In this document: in pieces, positions 43,725-51,854 of the stretch
How positions within the stretch are numbered: position 1 is the first letter of the stretch
Layout: the number at the start of each line of letters is the position of its first letter
Origin: a virus
Taxonomy: Duplodnaviria; Caudoviricetes
Length of the DNA: 59,039 nt
Direction: 5' to 3' (one strand)
IMG/VR virus record: IMGVR_UViG_3300036975_000019
Coordinates: 1-59,039 of that record
Position numbers and translations under genes: made by a program
The notes under the pieces: generated by a model
The model's input: only the letters and a program-made list of their open reading frames with translations
Told to the model about the DNA's origin: nothing
Database searches by the model: none

Positions 43725-44481
43725 TACATTTTGTGGTGCGGGTGGGTGCTCAATGGGCTACCATCGCGCCGGCTTTGATGTGGTGGGCGTGGATATAAAC
43801 CCGCAGCCGCATTACCCGTTTCCGTTTATTCTGGGTGATGCGCTTGAGGTGCTGCGCCGGCTGATAGCAGGCGAGGCAATACAGGCGAGCGATAGTAAAT
43901 CGTACACGCTGGATGATTTTGCCGTGATACACGCAAGCCCGCCGTGCCAGGTTCACAGCACAATGACAAAACGATGGGGTCAGGACGTTGTACAGGGGCA
44001 TGTCGATTTGATACCCGCAACGAGGGCAATACTCAAGGCAACAGGAAAGCCATATATTATCGAGAACGTCGAAGGCGCAAGGTCCAAGCTGATTTGCCCG
44101 GTTATGTTGTGTGGTACAATGTTTGGACTGGGTTCTATGGGCGCACAATTGCGACGCCATCGCTATTTTGAGTGTTCGTTTTTCGTAGGATTGACGCCGC
44201 CGTGCCAACATAACAAATCGTCGGCGATTGGTGTTTATGGAGGCGGGCAACATCCCCGGCGGCGCAAAACGATTGGTGTTTACGGGCATTCTGGCGGGCG
44301 TTCAAAGCGTGATAATTATATGGCCTTTGGCGTTGATGCAAGACGCGAGGCCATGGGTATCGACTGGATGACGCAGGATGAACTATCTCAAGCCATCCCG
44401 CCCGTTTACACCGAATGGATCGGACAGAAATTGCTTGAGGTGCTGCCAGAATGGATGAAGGAGAAAACGAAGAATGGATAG
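43705..44481 (+). CDS. C5 cytosine DNA methyltransferase
   Basis: LDTFCGAGG, HASPPCQ, IENV, RRHR.FE, LSQAIPP. Confidence 0.9.
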   Translation: MKPLLLDTFCGAGGCSMGYHRAGFDVVGVDINPQPHYPFPFILGDALEVLRRLIAGEAIQASDSKSYTLDDFAVIHASPPCQVHSTMTKRWGQDVVQGHVDLIPATRAILKATGKPYIIENVEGARSKLICPVMLCGTMFGLGSMGAQLRRHRYFECSFFVGLTPPCQHNKSSAIGVYGGGQHPRRRKTIGVYGHSGGRSKRDNYMAFGVDARREAMGIDWMTQDELSQAIPPVYTEWIGQKLLEVLPEWMKEKTKNG

Positions 44482-44650
44482 AATGCGTTTTTCCATAATC
44501 ATGGCCGTCATCTTGTGGTCCGCTGCTTTGACAATGTGGGCCTTTCCAAAATGGGCAGCGTGGATATTTCTCGTCGTCGGCATTTACCTATTCATCTGGT
44601 GTCTGTGCGTTTGCGCGGCGCGGGGGGATGGGGAAGAAGGGATGCGATGA
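44474..44650 (+). CDS. Small two-TM membrane protein (not in ORF track)
   Basis: AAGGAG RBS; MDRMRFSIIMAVILWSAALTMWAFPKWAAWIFLVVGIYLFIWCLC... Confidence 0.55.
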   Translation: MDRMRFSIIMAVILWSAALTMWAFPKWAAWIFLVVGIYLFIWCLCVCAARGDGEEGMR

Positions 44651-44829
44651 ACAAATCCATCCGAATTGATATCGACGCCGAAATGTATCACAAAGCTGCC
44701 GAACTAGGTCGCAAATTTGGCCTGACGGCTGAGCAGGTATTAGAGACGGCGTTTTTAGAGTACGCCGAGGGAATGAGACCGGCAGAGGAACAGACAGCCG
44801 ATACAGACGAATCCGCACCAAATGCTTGA
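44647..44829 (+). CDS. RHH-like protein
   Basis: MNKSIRIDIDAEMYHKAAELGRKFGLTAEQVL. Confidence 0.55.
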   Translation: MNKSIRIDIDAEMYHKAAELGRKFGLTAEQVLETAFLEYAEGMRPAEEQTADTDESAPNA

Positions 44830-44854
44830 CAGGCTGGGCGGGATGTGGTATAAT
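44826..44854 (+). promoter_or_regulatory. Consensus sigma70 promoter
   Basis: TTGACA-17-TATAAT with extended TG. Confidence 0.85.
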
Positions 44855-44871
44855 GAAATCGTAGCAACAAA

Positions 44872-44998
44872 TGCCGTTCCCGCGGCAATAGACAGCATAG
44901 GCCGAAACCTGCACAATCGTGTGGGTCGGTGGTTAGCATATGTCGCCTATGCCTATCGCTGACCCGGGAACCGGCCCACACGATTGAGCGGGTTTTTT
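44872..44998 (+). ncRNA. C4-antisense-like leader/attenuator 1
   Basis: Long stem 44914-44930/44970-44986 plus U tail; its loops are complementary to upstream 44877-44882 and 44895-44902. Confidence 0.6.
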
Positions 44999-45016
44999 GT
45001 TTGAAAGGGGAACGAG

Positions 45017-45190
45017 ATGGGCGCATTTTATGTATGTGGCAATATGAGGGAAGCACTTGAATCGAAACTCATTATTCATATTCGCTTGATGAATGACGAG
45101 TGGGTTAATATCTGGAAATTCAAAGATGTTGAAATTTCATTTTGTCCATTTTGCGGGCAGCGGCTCGAAGAAACGCCGGTATTTTATTAG
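45017..45190 (+). CDS. Small CPFCG zinc-binding protein (not in ORF track)
   Basis: GAAAGGGG RBS; ...EISFCPFCGQRL. Confidence 0.55.
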   Translation: MGAFYVCGNMREALESKLIIHIRLMNDEWVNIWKFKDVEISFCPFCGQRLEETPVFY

Positions 45191-45226
45191 GATTGCATTG
45201 AGCGATTTTATTTGAAAGGGGAAACA

Positions 45227-45850
45227 ATGCAAACATATCACAAAATTCAAACGGTATATCTGAGAGACCCGACCACCAAGTACAAAACACTACTAGCGGG
45301 CCAGTTTGCTCGGCCTGAATTTGAATATCTCGCAACAAATGACTGGATATTCACCGAGAAAATTGACGGTACAAATATTCGCGTCAATTGGGATCTCGAA
45401 ACCGTCACGTTTTGGGGTAGAACAGACAGGGCACAAATGCCAAGTTTTTTGTTGGACAAGCTCGCCGAATTGTTCCAGGCTGAAAGATTCCGACAGCTAT
45501 ATCCTGAAACGCCGATGCTTTTGTTTGGCGAGGGATATGGGGCAAAGATCCAAAAGGGCGGCGGTAATTACATTTCCGATGGTGTAGACTTTATCCTCTT
45601 TGACGTGATGATTTCTGAACATTATCTAAGCCGTGAAAATGTACAGGATATTGCTGATCATCTCGGAATCAACACCGTCCCGATAGTTGGGCGCGGCACT
45701 CTGTATGATGCTGTTGAGATGACTCGGATCGGCTTTAAATCTCGAATCGGATCGCAAATTGCAGAAGGTCTCGTAATGCGCCCCGCTGTAGAGTTAATAT
45801 CTAGAACAGGGCAGCGCGTCATTTCAAAAATCAAACACAAGGATTTCTAG
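45227..45850 (+). CDS. RNA ligase (Rnl2-like nucleotidyltransferase domain)
   Basis: TEKIDGTN (motif I), LFGEGYG, FILFDV, AEGLV, KIK. Confidence 0.85.
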   Translation: MQTYHKIQTVYLRDPTTKYKTLLAGQFARPEFEYLATNDWIFTEKIDGTNIRVNWDLETVTFWGRTDRAQMPSFLLDKLAELFQAERFRQLYPETPMLLFGEGYGAKIQKGGGNYISDGVDFILFDVMISEHYLSRENVQDIADHLGINTVPIVGRGTLYDAVEMTRIGFKSRIGSQIAEGLVMRPAVELISRTGQRVISKIKHKDF

Positions 45851-45873
45851 ATATCATCTGAAAGGCGGCTGAC

Positions 45874-45964
45874 ATGCAAACCTTTCTTCCATACCCATCA
45901 TTTACCGAATCCGCCCGCGTCCTCGACAATCGGCAGCCTGCCGTATGTGTGGCCGGGAGGATGA
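45874..45964 (+). pseudogene. Internally deleted MSMEG_6728-like (pyrimidine dimer glycosylase-like) gene
   Basis: N-terminus MQTFLPYPSFTESARVLDNR joined out of frame to the family C-terminus LPYVWP. Confidence 0.65.
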
Positions 45965-45978
45965 AAATGAACTTTCCC

Positions 45979-46007
45979 TTGACTTTTCGAGCGAGATCGG
46001 TTATAAT
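45979..46007 (+). promoter_or_regulatory. sigma70 promoter
   Basis: TTGACT-17-TATAAT. Confidence 0.8.
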
Positions 46008-46019
46008 AGAAATTGACAA

Positions 46020-46160
46020 CCCGTTGGCGCGGGAAGATAAAAAACTCTGAACGTAATACCCGACTCGCTTATTTTGCGGGCAGGGCCTGTGTCGAATCGT
46101 ACGTTCAGAGGCGATGCCGACCCGCCAACAGGACCTACCCGCAAAGCAAGTGAGTTTTTT
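46020..46160 (+). ncRNA. C4-antisense-like leader/attenuator 2
   Basis: CTCTGAACGTA 46045-46055 vs TACGTTCAGAG 46100-46110; GTTGGCG vs CGCCAAC; terminator stem plus U tail. Confidence 0.6.
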
Positions 46161-46179
46161 ATTTTAGAATGGAGACGAC

Positions 46180-47421
46180 ATGGCAGACACAAAACAACTA
46201 GCCCTATTCGACTATGATCAGCTCGACACGCCAACACGCGACTTCGTGCAGCAACGCACGGAGGAAATCCGCATCCTGGCCCGGCGGATGGCTAATGATA
46301 TTGTCGGGATAGGTCAGCGACTTATCGAGATCAAGGCACGTCTGGGACACGGGCATTTTGGCGAGTGGCTGGAGTATGAGTTTTCGTGGTCGCATACTAC
46401 AGCCTGGAAATTTATGAGGGTAGCTGAAGCGTTCAAATTTTCACATTGTGAAAATTTGACCATAGAAGCCAGCGCTCTCTACCTGCTAGCCGCCCCGTCA
46501 ACCCCCAAAGAAGCCCGCGACGAAGCCATAGAACGTGCCGAACAGGGCGAGGAAATAACGCACGCCACCGCACAAGAGATCGTAGAGGAACACAAAGACG
46601 AGGAGCCGGAGGACGAGCCAGAGCCGATTCGCTTTGTCTGTCCTGACTGCGGACAAGTATTCTCGGATCACGTGTGGCATTGTTTCTATTGCCATAGCCA
46701 TTGGGGAGACTCACAAACTTGGTGTGCAGCGTGCAACCACAAAAAGCCAGACCAGAAAGAGCACGCCGATCTGCTACGCCTTATGCAGAATGCGCCAGAT
46801 CTGTTCCAGCAAGTGCAGCTTGGAGAGCTGACGATCCGGCAAGCCAAGTCACAGATCAACAGACAAGAGCGTGTTGAAAAAGTGCAAGAAATCAGCGACG
46901 GTAACACCGAGATCGATACAGACAAGAAATACCCCGTCATCTACGCTGATCCTCCCTGGCGATACGAGCACAGCAAAACAGACAATCGCAAGATCGAGAA
47001 TCAATACCCAACTATGGAGCTGGCAGACATTCAGAAACTCCCCGTTTCCGAACTCGCAACGCCTGACGCCGTTTTGCTTATGTGGGCTACTGGGCCGAAA
47101 CTTGCCGAGGCGATGACGGTGATTGAGGCGTGGGGATTCACATACCGCACAAGTATGGTATGGGTGAAAGACAAGATCGGCATGGGCTATTATGCCAGGC
47201 AGCGTCACGAGCTTTTGCTGATTGCAGCGAGGGGTTGCCTGCCAGTGCCAGAGCCGGCAAACAGACATGATTCTGTTGTTGAGTCACCGCGATTAGAACA
47301 CAGCAAAAAACCGGATGTGTTCTATGAGATTATCGAGTCTATGTATCCAGAGTATGCAAAGATCGAACTGTTTAGCAGGAATAAACGTGAGGGGTGGGAT
47401 AATTGGGGAAATCAGGCGTAA
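46180..47421 (+). CDS. DUF3102-like / zinc ribbon / MT-A70 methyltransferase fusion
   Basis: IGQRLIEIKARLGHGHFGEWL; CPDC..CFYC..CAAC; YADPPW, HSKKP, KIELFSR. Confidence 0.88.
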   Translation: MADTKQLALFDYDQLDTPTRDFVQQRTEEIRILARRMANDIVGIGQRLIEIKARLGHGHFGEWLEYEFSWSHTTAWKFMRVAEAFKFSHCENLTIEASALYLLAAPSTPKEARDEAIERAEQGEEITHATAQEIVEEHKDEEPEDEPEPIRFVCPDCGQVFSDHVWHCFYCHSHWGDSQTWCAACNHKKPDQKEHADLLRLMQNAPDLFQQVQLGELTIRQAKSQINRQERVEKVQEISDGNTEIDTDKKYPVIYADPPWRYEHSKTDNRKIENQYPTMELADIQKLPVSELATPDAVLLMWATGPKLAEAMTVIEAWGFTYRTSMVWVKDKIGMGYYARQRHELLLIAARGCLPVPEPANRHDSVVESPRLEHSKKPDVFYEIIESMYPEYAKIELFSRNKREGWDNWGNQA

Positions 47422-47921
47422 CGCACGATTTTAAGGAGCGCCTTGCATACAGCGAGGCGGCAAGTTGTGAATCATTTTGGGATCAGGTATACAAAGAAGC
47501 ATTCCCCTCGATGATATGGCACAAACAATGCACGGGTAATACAGAGGGACAGCATCGGGGCGTGGATCGCTTAATCTATCTAAAAAATGATCGTGTACTG
47601 AGAATAGATGAAAAGAAACGCGAGAAACAGTATAACGATATTTTGCTGGAATATGTTTCTGTTGACACGACAGGTGCGCCGGGATGGATTGAAAAAGCCT
47701 TAGCAATTGATTATCTTGCTTATGCATTTATGCCAACCCAAAGAGTGTATCTGTTTGACTGGCTTATATTGAAAAGATGTTGGCGCTATTATGGCGAGAT
47801 ATGGAAGCGAAAGTACAAAATTGTAAAAGCGAAAAATAGTAGGTATTATACACACAGCGTTGCTGTGCCCATCGATGTTCTCATGGACAAAACAAGCAAA
47901 GCAAGAGTTATTCAATTATAG
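47403..47921 (+). CDS. Putative PD-(D/E)XK nuclease
   Basis: QHRGVD...IDEK...NDILLE. Confidence 0.55.
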   Translation: MGKSGVTHDFKERLAYSEAASCESFWDQVYKEAFPSMIWHKQCTGNTEGQHRGVDRLIYLKNDRVLRIDEKKREKQYNDILLEYVSVDTTGAPGWIEKALAIDYLAYAFMPTQRVYLFDWLILKRCWRYYGEIWKRKYKIVKAKNSRYYTHSVAVPIDVLMDKTSKARVIQL

Positions 47922-47979
47922 CCAATAGGCAAAAAGAAAACCACATGGGCGAACAACTAGCAATCGAGGAGCAGCATAC

Positions 47980-49173
47980 ATGGCAAAAGCACTTTTACAC
48001 GAATTAGGCAAATCACTATCATACGGACGCTTGACACTGCGGGCAAAAGTGCTTTGGCCGATGCTGCTGGCATCAAGCGATGACCAGGGACGTGGGCTGG
48101 CTGAGGCAGACTCGGTAAAATGGTACGTCTGCCCGAACGTGCCCGAGATCGCAATAGATGACGTGCCGGCGCTTTTTTCCGAAATGGCGCAGCAGGGCAT
48201 GATCGTCACCTATGACACGGATCGGGGACTTGTCTACCAGATCGTGCGATGGTGGGAGTACCAGAGCCTCCAATGGGCCAGGCCGTCAAAATACGACGCA
48301 CCGGAGGGCTGGACGGATCGCATTCGCTATAGCAATCGAGGTGACTGTCACGCCTGCAACTGGGACACGTGCGGCGGCTTTGATGCCCAGCCACGAGAAG
48401 AACCCCAAGAAGACGATGATACCCCGCAAGAAAACGAACCGGAGACGGTAGAAAACCAGGTAGAAAACTACGTAGACAACCAACCTAACCTAACTCAACC
48501 TAACTTAACTCAATCTAATTTAACTGATAAAAACCACGCGCCCTCCGGCGCGGTTGAAAAATCCCCTGAAAATCAGGGTGATCTAGAGCTATTCTACGGC
48601 GGGGACGTTCCAGAACAGCGAGAACGGTCCCCAGTAACCCCACCAGAACCCCGCGATGCTGTGGCTGATATTGTCGAACAGGCTGCAAAGCGTCAACGCG
48701 ATCCGCTATGGTGGCTCAAGCCAGGTACATTTTGTGGGGATCATAATTATCTTGAACCATACCGGGCGTTTTGTGGTGTCATCCGGCGCGATCCGTCGCT
48801 CGTGGGGGAACACAAGACAAAAAAATGGCTGGCGCAGTTCGAGAAAATGGCCGTCATATCACCAGGTGGAGGGGATTGCGATCCGGTGATCATTCCGCCC
48901 GGCATTATGGCAGATGCGATTAAGGCCATCCGTGACGATTGGAATTTCCAGCACAGGCGATGGACGACGCCGTTTTCGAACACGTTTCGTGACGCGGTTG
49001 AGCTGGTTGCCGCGCAATTGATGAACGGTCAGAACGTTGACGGCGCACCACCGAAGCAGCCTATCGTCGTTAGTGTGCCGACAGGTGATCCGGGCTGGAT
49101 GATAAAACCAACGCCCGAAATGGCTGCTGCACGAGAGCGTGCTAGGAGGAGAGTAGAGAGTGGCGTCTTTTGA
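47980..49173 (+). CDS. Replication initiator (wHTH, replisome organiser-like)
   Basis: SDDQGRG, YQIVRWWEYQ N-terminal domain; internal repeats; upstream of a loader-like gene. Confidence 0.7.
   Translation: MAKALLHELGKSLSYGRLTLRAKVLWPMLLASSDDQGRGLAEADSVKWYVCPNVPEIAIDDVPALFSEMAQQGMIVTYDTDRGLVYQIVRWWEYQSLQWARPSKYDAPEGWTDRIRYSNRGDCHACNWDTCGGFDAQPREEPQEDDDTPQENEPETVENQVENYVDNQPNLTQPNLTQSNLTDKNHAPSGAVEKSPENQGDLELFYGGDVPEQRERSPVTPPEPRDAVADIVEQAAKRQRDPLWWLKPGTFCGDHNYLEPYRAFCGVIRRDPSLVGEHKTKKWLAQFEKMAVISPGGGDCDPVIIPPGIMADAIKAIRDDWNFQHRRWTTPFSNTFRDAVELVAAQLMNGQNVDGAPPKQPIVVSVPTGDPGWMIKPTPEMAAARERARRRVESGVF
48481..48525. repeat. AACYY pentamer tandem array inside the initiator gene (candidate origin)
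   Basis: caacctaacctaactcaacctaacttaactcaatctaatttaact. Confidence 0.6.
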
Positions 49174-49789
49174 TGAGGTTTCCAGCGTTATTGATTACCT
49201 GATTAGCCTCTATCCGTATCTATCGGGAAAATTGACGGCTGACAGAATAGAAAATATGTACGCTGCCTATCACGGCATTTTGTGTGATATGGAGTATGCC
49301 AACCTGAAAGCGGCGGCGGTCCACGTCGCCGCAACGCACAAATTTTTCCCAGCAGCCAGCGAGATCAGGGAAGCCGTTTTCCATTTGATGACGGTCGCCA
49401 ACCACGTCCCCAGTGCGGATGACGCGTGGGCTGAGGTGTCTAAAAAGTTGAGATCACAACACGCGGCCACTATCATCGGCGAAACGGAGGACGGCGCAGT
49501 CATTATCACTTCAGGCACATTGGGTGTTGACGAAAACGGATTCATTATTGAACATGAGCCGCAGTGGTCTACGCCCCTGATTCACAATGCCATAGACGCG
49601 ATTGGCGGATGGCGTTATTTGCGCTCGAGCTGTGACGCGATGGCGGATAGTGTGCATTTCAAAAAGGCCTATGATGGATATTTCGAGCGCAACAAAGAGG
49701 CAACGTTGATGCTACCGGCTGTACGCCAGGCTGTTGAAAAGCTGGCCGGGGCAATGCGTCCGCGGATCGAGGCGGGTCATGACTGCTAA
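49160..49789 (+). CDS. Helicase loader/inhibitor (G39P-like)
   Basis: KFFPAASEIR, AWAEV, AIGGWRYL, HFKKAY. Confidence 0.7.
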   Translation: MASFDEVSSVIDYLISLYPYLSGKLTADRIENMYAAYHGILCDMEYANLKAAAVHVAATHKFFPAASEIREAVFHLMTVANHVPSADDAWAEVSKKLRSQHAATIIGETEDGAVIITSGTLGVDENGFIIEHEPQWSTPLIHNAIDAIGGWRYLRSSCDAMADSVHFKKAYDGYFERNKEATLMLPAVRQAVEKLAGAMRPRIEAGHDC

Positions 49790-50003
49790 CGTCACCCGCC
49801 TGCCCACCGATCTTCCAGTTGGAACCATTGGCGAGGTCGGGCGCGTCGGCAATCGCGGCATCGTCCTGGCCACGGTAGACGGTGACGGCACGCCTGGCGC
49901 GGCTTGGTTTACATTCGAGCAAATCGAGGCGATGGGGCTGATGCACGTGCCAATTGGCAAGATCGTGGTACAGGTGGTTAGCGTGGAGTTGAGATTAGAT
50001 TAG
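49779..50003 (+). CDS. Small hypothetical protein
   Basis: GAGG RBS; overlapping ORF. Confidence 0.5.
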   Translation: MTANVTRLPTDLPVGTIGEVGRVGNRGIVLATVDGDGTPGAAWFTFEQIEAMGLMHVPIGKIVVQVVSVELRLD

Positions 50004-50019
50004 AACGGAGGTAGCGTGC

Positions 50020-50328
50020 GTGATCTTTGAAACGCTCTACGAAAGTGCGCAAAGAGGCGAATTGCTTTTAATAAATGGCGGTTTTTGTCACTGGCACCTG
50101 CGCCGAGACAAACAATTGACCATCCGTGAAATCATCAGCACCCGACCAGGTGCAGGGACCGAGATGCTCGAAACACTCAAACAAATGCCGGGCGCGCAAT
50201 CCATTTTTGCCAAATGCCCCGTTGACCTGCCGGCCAACAACTGGTATCGCCGGCGAGGATTCACATGCGAAGGAACCCAGACCACTCGCACGGGAAGGAA
50301 ACTCAACCAGTGGCGACTCCAACTCTGA
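50020..50328 (+). CDS. GNAT-fold acetyltransferase-like protein
   Basis: RPGAGTEML, AKCPVDLPANNWYRRRGF; GGAGG RBS. Confidence 0.7.
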   Translation: MIFETLYESAQRGELLLINGGFCHWHLRRDKQLTIREIISTRPGAGTEMLETLKQMPGAQSIFAKCPVDLPANNWYRRRGFTCEGTQTTRTGRKLNQWRLQL

Positions 50329-50987
50329 TCTATTGCGGTGGCGGCAACCCGCGATTTTATGAAATCGCCACCGCTGCGGGATTCAAATACGGAGCTCAAT
50401 TACCCAACACGATCTACGGACCGCTTTACTTTGCCGATCAGGACTGGAAGCAACCAGATCGAGATCGGTACATGACCGCCCTGCAACAACACCGCCCCCA
50501 CATGGCCAGCGTCTTGGACCTGGAGAGGAAGGATCAATTATCCGAGGTCCTGAGCTGGGCCGAAGAGGCCGCCCAGTTTGTCAACGTAGTCATGATCATT
50601 CCCAAGGTCAGCGGGATCATTCCCTGCCTGCCCCGCACCATTGCCGGCGCCGAGATCCGTCTCGGCTATAGCGTACCCACCAAATACGGAGGGACGCAAC
50701 TCTTTGCCAGTGAGTTTACCGGTTGGCCCGTCCACCTACTCGGCGGTTCCCCACACAAACAGATGGAGCTATCCGCCTACTTTGATACCGTCAGCGTCGA
50801 TGGCAATATGTTTATGAAGATGGCGACAAATTTTTGCTCGTTTTTTGAACCAAACAGAAAGAAATACCGCCGTGGGCATTGGCCCACTCTCCCTGAAGCG
50901 GACGGCAAGAAATGGGGTGACGATGCGCCTTATGAAGCATTCAAGCGCTCATGCAAAAACATTATGGCAATGTGGTGTTCATTCTAG
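50310..50987 (+). CDS. DUF6610-like / TGT-like TIM-barrel protein
   Basis: FADQDWK, IIPK, GYSVPTKYG, VHLLGGSP, SVDGN. Confidence 0.6.
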   Translation: MATPTLIYCGGGNPRFYEIATAAGFKYGAQLPNTIYGPLYFADQDWKQPDRDRYMTALQQHRPHMASVLDLERKDQLSEVLSWAEEAAQFVNVVMIIPKVSGIIPCLPRTIAGAEIRLGYSVPTKYGGTQLFASEFTGWPVHLLGGSPHKQMELSAYFDTVSVDGNMFMKMATNFCSFFEPNRKKYRRGHWPTLPEADGKKWGDDAPYEAFKRSCKNIMAMWCSF

Positions 50988-51196
50988 CCGTCACGGGCAG
51001 CAGTTGATCAAGATATTGGAATTGGGGGCGATTCCATGACTTGGCTTCACCGCCTCATTGCCAATGCCTGTCACCGGCAGTGCGTCTGCTCTCTCGACGC
51101 CCTGCTGATTGACGCGCTTGGTGTCCTGTTCGAGGCGTCGCTACCGCCGGCGGTCAGAATGGCGTGGTGGCAGGTGAAAAAGCTTGGAGAGCTGGT

Positions 51197-51556
51197 GTGA
51201 TCTTTTTCATATCTGGCCGCCTGCCTGGCCTCAACGCCGTCATCGAGGCCAATCGGCGCAACCGCTACGCCGGGGCCGAGACGAAAAAGAACGCGACACA
51301 GAGCGTCTTATTGCAGGTGCGCGATGTGCAGCCGATTCACGGCTGTTGCGATTGGTATTTCATGTGGCATTGCTCGGATCGCCGCCGCGATCCTGACAAT
51401 ATCGCCAGCGCCGTCAAATTTGTGTTTGATGGCCTGATCGCCGCTGGAGTGATTGACAATGACGGCTGGAAGCAGGTCCGTACCATTACACACCGTTTTG
51501 TGGTGGACCCGGGCAACGTGGGCGTTGAGGTCGAGGCGCGGGAAATTGGGGATTGA
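51197..51556 (+). CDS. RusA-like Holliday junction resolvase
   Basis: RRRDPDNIASAVKFVFDGL...IDND. Confidence 0.8.
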   Translation: MIFFISGRLPGLNAVIEANRRNRYAGAETKKNATQSVLLQVRDVQPIHGCCDWYFMWHCSDRRRDPDNIASAVKFVFDGLIAAGVIDNDGWKQVRTITHRFVVDPGNVGVEVEAREIGD

Positions 51557-51581
51557 CAGGGGTATTTTTTTGTGTTATAAT
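51553..51581 (+). promoter_or_regulatory. Consensus sigma70 promoter
   Basis: TTGACA-17-TATAAT. Confidence 0.85.
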
Positions 51582-51616
51582 TAAACTAGGTTAAATGTTA
51601 GCAGAAAGGGGACGCA

Positions 51617-51841
51617 ATGAAAAACGCTTTTTTGGGGTTCAAATTGGAACAGGGGTTAAAGAACGATCTAAAGGCGCTAGCGGATTCTGAGGATCGCACA
51701 ATGTCACAGATGGCCGTGATTTTGCTACAAGAGGCAATGGAGAGCCGTCGGCGCCGGCAGATCGTTCGTCAGGAAACGGCGCAAGAGTTTATGGCACGGT
51801 TGGACAGGCGCGTCGAGCGAAAACGACAAGAGAACATTTAG
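51617..51841 (+). CDS. Arc/RHH-like regulator
   Basis: LKNDLKALADSEDRTMSQMAVILL. Confidence 0.7.
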   Translation: MKNAFLGFKLEQGLKNDLKALADSEDRTMSQMAVILLQEAMESRRRRQIVRQETAQEFMARLDRRVERKRQENI

Positions 51842-51854
51842 AAAGGAAAAAAGG

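Noticed and set aside
50310-50987. Complete 7-deazaguanine modification pathway
   Set aside because: No FolE, QueD, QueE or QueC recognised, and the TGT similarity is motif-level only
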